Source: Candidatus Obscuribacteraceae bacterium (lineage in GTDB: Bacteria > Cyanobacteriota > Vampirovibrionia > Obscuribacterales > Obscuribacteraceae). From it: 64,000 nt of DNA. Positions 40,519 through 48,939 of the stretch are shown here, piece by piece (position 1 is the first letter of the stretch; each line of letters starts with the position of its first letter). Location: NCBI GenBank assembly GCA_044229845.1, contig JBGASG010000001.1, forward strand, positions 288,001 through 352,000. Direction: 5' to 3'. The position numbers and the translations under genes were made by a program. Below the pieces are notes generated by a model. The model did no database searches. It had not been told where the DNA came from and was given only the letters and a program-made list of their open reading frames with translations.

Positions 40519-40806
40519 TCTAGCGAGATAACAGCGGTGTGACAGCTGCTGGTAGGTTGGATAGCCGAACTTCGGGATCTGATCTTGGTTATGGCAGAAA
40601 ATGCCGAGCGACCAGACTGCGAACGACAAGGTATGCTCGCTTTCCGGTGGCATCCGTTGGGAGACGATCGTGCCATCATGCTTTCTGAAAATCAGCGAGC
40701 CGCTTACGCCCGGCAATACAATCACGCGGCCGAGAACGTCGGCGGCGCGCTCTCGCTCTGCGGGATCGACGTAGGGTTCTTCGAAAGGGTCGAAACCTCT
40801 TTCCAT
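40501..40806 (-). CDS. Roadblock/LC7 (MglB-like) protein, apparently C-terminally truncated
   Basis: LPGVSGSLIFRKHDGTIVSQRMP...FAVWSLGIF aligns with the Roadblock domain of the upstream giant protein. It lacks the last strands and helix and runs into the pepA stop. Confidence 0.65.
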   Translation of the reverse strand: MERGFDPFEEPYVDPAERERAADVLGRVIVLPGVSGSLIFRKHDGTIVSQRMPPESEHTLSFAVWSLGIFCHNQDQIPKFGYPTYQQLSHRCYLARLRRSG

Positions 40807-40822
40807 GGCGGCCCTGCCGGAT

Positions 40823-43800
40823 TTATTGAGCGACCAGTTGGGTGATGCTGCGCATCAGCGGAATCAACTTGTCGGTTTCTTGACCGTTGCTGACGGTGAC
40901 CAGAATACCGCCGCCAAAGTCGGCGACGACCAGATAACCGAAGCGGCTGCGTGCCACCAGCTGGTGCAGATGGTTGTGTCCCAGTTTCTTCGTCGAGTTC
41001 AAAGTGTTGACGTAGATACCGAGCGACCAGATGCCCACCGATTCCGGGTCGACATCGGACGGCAGGTTGCTGGCGATCAAGATACCGTCGTGTCCGACGA
41101 TCACCGATCCGACAACTCCCGGTTGCGTGGCGATGTGGTTGAGCAGCTTGTTGATTTCATCGGCTGCTTCCAGAGTCAACACGCGCACCTTTGCATCCGG
41201 CAGGTCCGGCGTGGAAGCCAGGTTGCCGAGCTTATTGAAGTCGGAGCTGTCCAGCAAAAATTTGCCGATCTGGGCAATCTTCCCGGAGGTGGGTTCGGCA
41301 GTCTGGTCGTCTTTAGCTAGGCGACCGATGCCTTCCACTTTCGGTACGTCGGGCGCGCTCGCTTGCTCGACTGCGGCTTCGCGCACGGCTTCGACTGCAC
41401 GAGCGACGTTTAGCGGTTGTCCGTCGGCACCCAGTTGAGGAGCCTGCTGTCCACCGCCCATTTCGCCTGAGAATATGGCTTGCATGGCTGATGCTTGCGG
41501 AGCCGCTGCCGGTTGTTGCGACGGCATTCCCCAGCCACCTTGTTGCGGCTGCATTTGGTCCATGGGAGGTTGTCCGGCGGGAGCTGGATTCCAGCCTGGT
41601 TGTGGCGCCGCTTGTTGCGGAGGCAATTGCATAGCTGGTGGTGCCTTTGAGGCACCATTGGCCGGTGGTGCTACCGGAGGCGGTGCTAGTTGCGGAGGCG
41701 CCGGCGGTGCAAGTTGCGGAGGCGCCGGCGGTGCAGCCGGTTGCTGCGGCGGCACATTCCAGCCTGCCTGTTCGGGCGCAGCCAGTTGAGGCGGTGCGTT
41801 CCAGGTCGGCTGCTCGGGCGCAGGCTGCTGCGGCGGTGGCGTCCAGGCGGCGGGCGGTTCGGGCGCCGCTTGTTGTGGTGGCACATTCCAGCCGGCCTGC
41901 TCGGGAGCCGCTTGTTGCGGTATGTTCCATCCAGACTGCTGTTGTTGCTGTTGAGTTTCCGGACCAGGCACGTTCCACGCGGGTTGTTGCTGCACTGGCG
42001 CTGGAGCTGGAGCTGGCTGCTGTTGCTGTATTTGTTGTATCTGCGGCGGTATGTTCCAGCCACCGGTTTGATCGACGTTTGTCGGCATGCCGGCGAACGG
42101 TGGCGGAGCTTGGGGCGGCACCTGCGGTGGTGGCGCCAGCGGAACCGGAGCTGGTGCAGGAGCTTGCTGCGCCAGTGATGCTTGCGACTGCGGCACCATA
42201 CCTTCTAATCCCGGCGGCGGTTGCATCATCGGCGGTGGCGCTGCTGCTGCGGCGGCTGCTGCCTGTTCGGCTTCGAATTCTTCACGACGCACGGCTGAGG
42301 CCGCCAGCGAATCGCGAATGCCGAGATTTTCGGCAAATATACGATCGATGGCCTGGTCGTCGATTCTGCCCAACAGGCCGGCCGGTTCCGGCGTGGCTGC
42401 CGGCGCTGCCATCGGCGCTTGGGGCGGTGCGGCTGCTGCTTGCGGTTGAGCCATGACACCAGGTGCGGCAGTGGCTGCCGCCGGCATCGCGGGCGCAGCA
42501 AATGCGGACGGAGGAGCTGCCACCGGTTGCGCAACTACTGCCGCCGGTGCGGCGTGGATGCCGTCTTTGGTGCTCAGATTCTCGCGAAATACGGTGTTGA
42601 TCGCCTGATTGTCGATATTGCGGTACAGCCCGCCTGCCGGCGGTGCAGCCGGACCGACTGGTGCCTGTGCCACCGCTTGTGATGGCGCATTCCAACCGCC
42701 CTGCTGTATCTGCTGTTCAGCGGCCGGAGCCCAGCCTCCCTGTGCCGATGCGCTGGGAGTTTCCCAGCCGCCGTTCGGTGGTGCTGCCGCAGCGGCTGCT
42801 GCTGCCTGCGCCAGTTGCTCTTGTGAAACCGCGCCGATTTGCTGGGTTTCCCACTGTTGATTGATTGGTGGTGAGCCGGCGGCTGGTTTTGCCGGTGGCT
42901 GATCGCCGCCCCAGTTGTTGCCCTGTGGTGCTCCCCAGGCGGCTGGTTGCATGCCGTTGCCTGGTTGTGGACCAGGCTGCGGTGCCCCCCAGGCTGGTTG
43001 GGCAGATGGGTCTGGTTGCCCTTGCTGGGCAGCCATCTGCTGGCGACGCAATTTTTCTTGTATTGGTAGATCGTCTTCCGGACCGAATGAAGCCGCTCCT
43101 TGATCGGGTGCGTTCCAGCCGCCACCTTGTGGTTGTCCGGGTTGGCCTGCTGCCGGCGCACCCCAGTTGGGCGCTCCCGGTGCCGGCGGTGCTTCCGGCG
43201 GTGGAGTGGAGCCGGGCAGCGGCTGCGTGCCGGCTGCCATACCTTCCAGTCCGTCGCCGAGTATGGTGTGCAGCCGGTCCATGATATTTTCACCCATGGC
43301 GCTCAATTTGGGCTGGGGCTGCTGTCCGGTGTTGTTAGTTACCGGCTGCGGCGCTGCCGGTTGCAGTGGCGTCACATTCGAAGGCAGCGGCGTGACATTT
43401 GACGGCACCGGCGAATCGGCTGCCGACAGTGGTGTCACATTTGGTGGCAGCTGCGGTTGCGGTCGGGAGCCGGCCGCGGCCGGACCCTTGGCGCCGAGAT
43501 TGTCGTCGACGGCGAATACTTGCCACATGCCAGTCTGAATCTGGTCTTCATCGTGCGGATTCCATTCCACCGGTGTGCCCGGTGCCGGCGCGGCCGGCGC
43601 CGGCGGAGGTGGACTTTGAACAGGCATCGGCATTGGTGAATCGCCGCGCAGTATGGTCGTCGGGGCTGAATTGTCAGAGCTTTGCCAGGCCGGTGGAGCT
43701 CCCGTGGCCGGATTACCCCAACCTGCCGGAGTGGTGCCGGCGGCGCCGACATTAGCATCTGGTGCGGTCGGAGCCCAGCCACCGGTGGCCGGCTGTGGCG

Positions 43801-45724
43801 TTCCCCAGGCACCAGGAGCGGTGCCGGCGGCAGCGGCGCCACCATTATCGCCCCAACCGCCGGTCTGCGGTTGCGGCTGGTCCTGACCTGTCCATGATGT
43901 TCCTGCTTGCGGTGTGCCCCAGTTGTTTGCCGGAGCGGCGCCGTCCTGCGCAGTCACACCCCATTCATTAGATGTCGGTTGCGGTGGACCCCAACCACTT
44001 GATGCTGATGCAGGCTGTGCCGACATGTCGGGCGCAGCCGGTTGCGGTGGTTGTGGCTGTGGTGGTGCTGGCTGCTGAGGTTGCTGCTGAGCTTGCTGCG
44101 CGGCGGCCTGTTGCGCGGCCTTATCGCTGGGGTCGTCCCAGGTCGACCCCCAACCTGCCTGAGGCGGTTGTTCATTTGGTGCATCCCAGCTGGATCCCCA
44201 GCCGGCCGGCTTGGCGCCGCCCACATCGGGAGTGCTCCAGTCGCTAGCTCCAGGCCCGGGCTGATTTCCCCAGGCATTCGGTGCGCCCTGCGGTTGTCCC
44301 CAGTTGTTTGGACCGCCGGTGCCGGGAGCGGGCGGATTGTTCCAGTCGGTGGCGCCGGGTGCTGGCGGCTGTCCCCAGACCGGTGCTTGCGGCACTTCGC
44401 TGGGACCGCCGGCAAAATTAGATGTGTTGCCCCACTCCTGAGCGCTCCCAGTGCCCCATGCCGGTGGCGTTCCCGGTGCTGACGGTTGCGGCTGCTGAGC
44501 GCCGCCCCAGTCTGGTGCACCGCTGGTCTGTGGTTGCTGTGGTGCGCCGCCCCAATCCGGAGCGCCGCTGGTGGCAGGCTGCGGTGGTGGTGTCTGCTGA
44601 GCAGCGCCGCCCCAATCGGGAGCGCCGCTGGTGGCAGGTTGTGGCGGCGGTGTCTGTTGAGAGGCGCCGCCCCAATCGGGAGCGCCGCTGGTGGCAGGTT
44701 GTGGCGGAGGTGTTTGCGGAGATGCGCCGCCCCAATCAGGAGCGCCACTGGTGGCAGGTTGTCCCCAGTTCGATGGCGGTTGTGGATTGGCCCAATCCGG
44801 AGGGCTGCCTGGCTGCGGCGCAAAACCACTGGGAGCTGCCGGCTGTTGCCAGGCCGGTGGTCCGCCTGGTTGCTGACCGCCTTGCGGCCAGGCACCTGGT
44901 TGGGGTTGTTCACCCCATGGTGGTATCGTAGATGGTGGCTGTTCGAATCCGCCCGGTTGATTGCCGAATGCGGGTGGTCCGCCGGCACCAGGCATATTCA
45001 TGCCCGGCGGCATGCCGGTCTGCTGACCGGGACCGCCCGGGAAAGTCGGCGGTGGGTAGCCGCCCCCTTGTTCTGGACCGGGCTCCGACATCTGCTCGCC
45101 GATCTTTTTGCGAATCGACTCGGCGAAAGTCATTTCGCGATCAGCTTGCTGGGCATCGCGGTTAGGGATGTCCATGCCGAACTTGGACCCAAGTCCGAAG
45201 CCGGTTTGCGACTGGTCGACTCCGTCATCGGAGACCATCTTAGATATGTTGCGCAGACGCGTGCTGGTGGCACGCATGTCTTCTTCGGCGTCATCGATCT
45301 TGGCAGGACCGCTGCGGCGAACGTGAGGGAAAGCACTGTTTTTATCGGCATCTTTGCCGGTTGGTCCAGCAGCAGCTGGTGCGCCGGCCGGTGCTTTTTC
45401 TTTGCCGCGCTGCGAGGGACGCTCGCGTTTAGCACCACCGCCGGCCGTGCCGCCGAACATATTTTTGATACCATCCATGAAACCAGGCTTGTCCTGCGGC
45501 AATTCCTGCATGACGCGCCGGGCCAGAGCTTCCAAATTCCCGGGTAAGCATTCCTCGGGAAGTGGAACTTCCGGTGCCGACTGAACTACCTGGTCGATCT
45601 GATGCCGAAAACGCTCGCAACTGTCGCAAGCGTCCAGGTGGGACATCAGCATTTGTTCTTCTTGTGGTTCGAGCTGTCCGTCGAACCACTGTTGAATTAG
45701 AAATCGAAAACGACTGCAATTCAT
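40823..45724 (-). CDS. Giant ZAS anti-sigma-like protein with long disordered P/Q/G/W region and C-terminal Roadblock/LC7 domain
   Basis: MNC...WFDGQL...HLDACDSC (zf-HC2); about 1400 aa low complexity; PGVVGSVIVGHDGILIAS (Roadblock). No TM segment seen. Confidence 0.88.
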   Translation of the reverse strand: MNCSRFRFLIQQWFDGQLEPQEEQMLMSHLDACDSCERFRHQIDQVVQSAPEVPLPEECLPGNLEALARRVMQELPQDKPGFMDGIKNMFGGTAGGGAKRERPSQRGKEKAPAGAPAAAGPTGKDADKNSAFPHVRRSGPAKIDDAEEDMRATSTRLRNISKMVSDDGVDQSQTGFGLGSKFGMDIPNRDAQQADREMTFAESIRKKIGEQMSEPGPEQGGGYPPPTFPGGPGQQTGMPPGMNMPGAGGPPAFGNQPGGFEQPPSTIPPWGEQPQPGAWPQGGQQPGGPPAWQQPAAPSGFAPQPGSPPDWANPQPPSNWGQPATSGAPDWGGASPQTPPPQPATSGAPDWGGASQQTPPPQPATSGAPDWGGAAQQTPPPQPATSGAPDWGGAPQQPQTSGAPDWGGAQQPQPSAPGTPPAWGTGSAQEWGNTSNFAGGPSEVPQAPVWGQPPAPGATDWNNPPAPGTGGPNNWGQPQGAPNAWGNQPGPGASDWSTPDVGGAKPAGWGSSWDAPNEQPPQAGWGSTWDDPSDKAAQQAAAQQAQQQPQQPAPPQPQPPQPAAPDMSAQPASASSGWGPPQPTSNEWGVTAQDGAAPANNWGTPQAGTSWTGQDQPQPQTGGWGDNGGAAAAGTAPGAWGTPQPATGGWAPTAPDANVGAAGTTPAGWGNPATGAPPAWQSSDNSAPTTILRGDSPMPMPVQSPPPPAPAAPAPGTPVEWNPHDEDQIQTGMWQVFAVDDNLGAKGPAAAGSRPQPQLPPNVTPLSAADSPVPSNVTPLPSNVTPLQPAAPQPVTNNTGQQPQPKLSAMGENIMDRLHTILGDGLEGMAAGTQPLPGSTPPPEAPPAPGAPNWGAPAAGQPGQPQGGGWNAPDQGAASFGPEDDLPIQEKLRRQQMAAQQGQPDPSAQPAWGAPQPGPQPGNGMQPAAWGAPQGNNWGGDQPPAKPAAGSPPINQQWETQQIGAVSQEQLAQAAAAAAAAPPNGGWETPSASAQGGWAPAAEQQIQQGGWNAPSQAVAQAPVGPAAPPAGGLYRNIDNQAINTVFRENLSTKDGIHAAPAAVVAQPVAAPPSAFAAPAMPAAATAAPGVMAQPQAAAAPPQAPMAAPAATPEPAGLLGRIDDQAIDRIFAENLGIRDSLAASAVRREEFEAEQAAAAAAAAPPPMMQPPPGLEGMVPQSQASLAQQAPAPAPVPLAPPPQVPPQAPPPFAGMPTNVDQTGGWNIPPQIQQIQQQQPAPAPAPVQQQPAWNVPGPETQQQQQQSGWNIPQQAAPEQAGWNVPPQQAAPEPPAAWTPPPQQPAPEQPTWNAPPQLAAPEQAGWNVPPQQPAAPPAPPQLAPPAPPQLAPPPVAPPANGASKAPPAMQLPPQQAAPQPGWNPAPAGQPPMDQMQPQQGGWGMPSQQPAAAPQASAMQAIFSGEMGGGQQAPQLGADGQPLNVARAVEAVREAAVEQASAPDVPKVEGIGRLAKDDQTAEPTSGKIAQIGKFLLDSSDFNKLGNLASTPDLPDAKVRVLTLEAADEINKLLNHIATQPGVVGSVIVGHDGILIASNLPSDVDPESVGIWSLGIYVNTLNSTKKLGHNHLHQLVARSRFGYLVVADFGGGILVTVSNGQETDKLIPLMRSITQLVAQ
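44544..44762 (-). repeat. Coding tandem repeat, 60-bp period, four copies (PATSGAPDWGGAxxQTPPPQ)
   Basis: Four aligned 60-nt units with mostly synonymous differences, plus a degenerate fifth copy near 44500. Confidence 0.9.
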
Positions 45725-45742
45725 GTGAGTGCCTCTATGCCT

Positions 45743-46318
45743 TTAACCCCGCCCCAGACATTTGATTACCTGCACTCGGGAACGGTGCAGCCAGGCCATC
45801 ACGTTATCTGGATTTTGATTGAGTACGTCGACAACTTGATCGAATGAGAGCCCGAGCTGGTGCCGAAGCACGAAAGCTCGTTTTTGCTCGTCACTGAGCG
45901 AGTTGATGCAACGCTTAACGCGTTGCGTGCCGAGGATTACCGTTGTTTCCCAGTCCATCTGGGCAGACCCGTCGGCAGTCGGATCTGTCTGTGGTGAGCG
46001 CGGGGGAGGCGCAGAATTATTTTGATGATATTCGACGATGGCGTCGACGATGTAATCAGAAAGCCAGTCCCAAACGGCTTTGCCGCTCAGCTGCTTGACG
46101 TTCATAGATCGCAATGCAGAGCATGCATTGCCGAAAGCTGCGATGGTAAGTTGAGAAGCCAGCTCGGTGTCGCCTGTCGAAATCAGTGCGATAGCGTAGA
46201 AGCGTTCCTGGTTTTGCCAGACGAATTCTCCCAGTGCCTGCTTGTTGCCCTTTTTGACTTCGAGCAAAATATTGGCTGCTGCTACGTCGGATATGTTTTT
46301 CGATGGTAAGAGAGGCAT
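45743..46318 (-). CDS. Degenerate ECF sigma-70-like protein
   Basis: KKGNKQALGEFV (start of sigma2) and SLSDEQKRAFVLRHQLGLSFDQV...WLHRSR (sigma4-like). Lies 18 bp upstream of the ZAS gene. Confidence 0.75.
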   Translation of the reverse strand: MPLLPSKNISDVAAANILLEVKKGNKQALGEFVWQNQERFYAIALISTGDTELASQLTIAAFGNACSALRSMNVKQLSGKAVWDWLSDYIVDAIVEYHQNNSAPPPRSPQTDPTADGSAQMDWETTVILGTQRVKRCINSLSDEQKRAFVLRHQLGLSFDQVVDVLNQNPDNVMAWLHRSRVQVIKCLGRG

Positions 46319-46641
46319 CTTTTATCGCCGATAAAAAAGAGATTTGAAAAGGGTGGGTGTGCCCCAAACAGAAGAGCTGGCACGCCAAGCCAGCACGCAC
46401 GAGGACCTCTAAAGTTTACATAAAACCGCCAAAAACGTCACCCAGGGACAGTTGTTTTGCTCCGTCACAATCCTCCGCTCCGCGTGAGCAAAGCCGGTAC
46501 CATTTAAAACGAGTTTCCCAAAAGACAGCCGAGACGGCTCTACGCTCCATACTTATGCCCAAAAAACCCAACTTTATCTTGGAAGTAACAATTCGCGTGT
46601 CGGAAGCTTATACTCTCGACACAGTCGCCCGCTCACCGCGC

Positions 46642-47355
46642 ATGTTCAAGCCCAAAGATGTCTTGAACGCCTGTGACAACCTGTGTGTGGAGTTAAAATC
46701 CGGGCCGGCGCCGCAATTTATTCAGCCATTCGCTGAGTGGATATTGCGCGACTATTTCGCGCTGGCTCATCGCACTGGTCTATACAATCGGCAAAAGAGC
46801 CTCTGGGAGTCTATTTCCAAAATCGCACGGGTGGAGATTTCGCAAAAAACTGTTGGCATCTTCAAGCGCGAACCGGTGCCGATTTATGAGTTCATATTTC
46901 AGGACACCAAGCAAAAACCGCTGATTTTTGGACTGGTTGTGGCGGGAGATCCCCGCCCCGGCGAACCGATATCGGACAAGAGCGATTTCGTCGGCGTATT
47001 CAAGAACTTTCTGGCTGATTCGCGGCGAATGACCACAATCACCGGAATGTTTGTCTGCTTTGCAATCGAGCCGTTGCCGGAGGCCGTTCTCAAGTTTCTC
47101 AAGAAGCAGACCGATTCCGCACATCCTGTCGGGCGGTACGAGGCGCTGATCGAAGGCTACGCCGGGCCGGTCAACCTGGTGTCTTGCCGGCTGCCTGCCG
47201 GAACCCGTGATGAGCTGCCGCAATTGGATATGTCACCGCAGTCGCATCCGGAAGAGACAGATGCAGTCGAAAACGAGCCGCCGAAAGCCGAGCCCATCGA
47301 GTTCGAGCTGATTTACCCCGACCTTTCTCGCAAACCTGCCGGACTTACCTTGTAA
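46642..47355 (+). CDS. Hypothetical protein
   Basis: Coding-like from MFKPKDV. The upstream in-frame extension from 46357 looks like promoter DNA. Confidence 0.6.
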   Translation: MFKPKDVLNACDNLCVELKSGPAPQFIQPFAEWILRDYFALAHRTGLYNRQKSLWESISKIARVEISQKTVGIFKREPVPIYEFIFQDTKQKPLIFGLVVAGDPRPGEPISDKSDFVGVFKNFLADSRRMTTITGMFVCFAIEPLPEAVLKFLKKQTDSAHPVGRYEALIEGYAGPVNLVSCRLPAGTRDELPQLDMSPQSHPEETDAVENEPPKAEPIEFELIYPDLSRKPAGLTL

Positions 47356-47366
47356 TAGGCAGTGCC

Positions 47367-48923
47367 TTAAAGCGGAATGTTGCCGTGCTTACGTGCCGGG
47401 CGTTCGATGCGCTTGTTTTGCTGGACGTCAAGAAAGGCTGATAAAACAGAGCGCGTTTCACTGGGCATGATGACGTCATCGATGTAGCCGCGCTCGGCTG
47501 CCACATACGGATTGGCGAAGCGTTCGCGGTATTCCTGCACCAGCTGTTTGGCGCGGTCGGCTCCGCCTTCACCGGCGATCTCTTTGCGGTACAGCAGATT
47601 GACTGCGCCATCGGCGCCCATCACCGCTACTTCAGCGGTCGGCCAGGCGAGGTTCAGGTCGCCGCCGACATTTTTCGAACCCATGACGTCGAAGGCCCCG
47701 CCGTAAGCTTTGCGGGTAATGACCGTGAGTTTCGGCACACTAGCTTCGCAATATGCGTACAGGAGTTTGGCGCCGTGCCGAATGATGCCTGCATGCTCCT
47801 GATTCTTACCGGGCAGATACCCGGGAACATCAACGAACGTGACGATCGGAATATTGAAGGCATCGCAAAAGCGAATGAACCGTGCTCCTTTGGAAGATGC
47901 ATCGATGTCCAGCACGCCGGCCAGCCACTTAGGTTGATTGGCGACAACCCCTACGGTGTGCCCTTTCAGACGCGCGAAGCCGGTGACGATGTTGCGTGCC
48001 CAATAAGGTGCAATCTCGAAAAAGTCACCGTTGTCGAAAACACGTGCCACCACATCGTGCATATCGTAAGGTTTCGCCGAATCGGCGGGCACCAGCGTGT
48101 TCAGTCCTTCGATATCAGCGGGACGGGAGCTCTCTTCGTCGCACACCACATGCGGTGGCGTCTCCAGATTGTTGGACGGCAAGTACGAGAGCAATGTTCG
48201 CACCATCCAGAAAGAATCTTCCTCATCTTCGGCCAGTAGTTGCGCGACGCCGCTCTTCTCGTTGTGGACGACTGCTCCACCAAGTTCTTCGAAAGTCACT
48301 TCTTCACCGGTTACCGTCTTGACGATCTCAGGTCCGGTAATGAACATGTAGCTGTGTCCTTTCACCATGACCGTGAAGTCGGTGACGGCCGGACTGTATA
48401 CGGCACCGCCCGCACACGGTCCATAAATGACCGAGATCTGCGGGATGACACCGGAGCACCAGACATTGCGATAGAAGATATCCGCGTAGCCGGCCAAACT
48501 GCTGACACCTTCTTGAATGCGCGCGCCGGCGCTTTCGTTGAGACCGATTACCGGGCAGCCGGCTTGTTTTGCCAGATCCATGACTTTGCAGACCTTGCGG
48601 GCGAAAACCTCACCGAGCGAGCCGCCCAGATAGGTGGCGTCGTGCGCAAAGAGGTAGACCGGCCGCCCGTCTATGAGTGCCTGTCCGGTGACGACGCCAT
48701 CGCCGTCAATCTTCTTTTCCTCCAGCCCAAAGTCGTTGCAGTTATGCAAGGCATAACGGTCCAGCTCGATAAATGAATCAGGATCGACGAGTTGCTCGAT
48801 GCGCTCGCGGGCAAGCAGCATGCCGCGCTCGGCGCGCTTGGCTCGCGTGGCTTCGTTGACGGCCAGAGCTTTCTGTCGGCGTCCAACCAGTTGCGCATTC
48901 GGATTCAATTTCGTTATCTCCAT
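47367..48923 (-). CDS. pccB: Acyl-CoA carboxylase beta subunit (propionyl-CoA carboxylase type)
   Basis: GDGVVTG-like, GARIQEG, GPCAGGAVYSPA, RKAYGGA, RKHGNIPL. Confidence 0.93.
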   Translation of the reverse strand: MEITKLNPNAQLVGRRQKALAVNEATRAKRAERGMLLARERIEQLVDPDSFIELDRYALHNCNDFGLEEKKIDGDGVVTGQALIDGRPVYLFAHDATYLGGSLGEVFARKVCKVMDLAKQAGCPVIGLNESAGARIQEGVSSLAGYADIFYRNVWCSGVIPQISVIYGPCAGGAVYSPAVTDFTVMVKGHSYMFITGPEIVKTVTGEEVTFEELGGAVVHNEKSGVAQLLAEDEEDSFWMVRTLLSYLPSNNLETPPHVVCDEESSRPADIEGLNTLVPADSAKPYDMHDVVARVFDNGDFFEIAPYWARNIVTGFARLKGHTVGVVANQPKWLAGVLDIDASSKGARFIRFCDAFNIPIVTFVDVPGYLPGKNQEHAGIIRHGAKLLYAYCEASVPKLTVITRKAYGGAFDVMGSKNVGGDLNLAWPTAEVAVMGADGAVNLLYRKEIAGEGGADRAKQLVQEYRERFANPYVAAERGYIDDVIMPSETRSVLSAFLDVQQNKRIERPARKHGNIPL

Positions 48924-48939
48924 AAAATTTGTCCGTTGG

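Noticed and set aside
44500..44762. 60-bp periodic repeats as CRISPR
   Set aside because: They are in-frame coding repeats, and the would-be spacers are homologous to each other.
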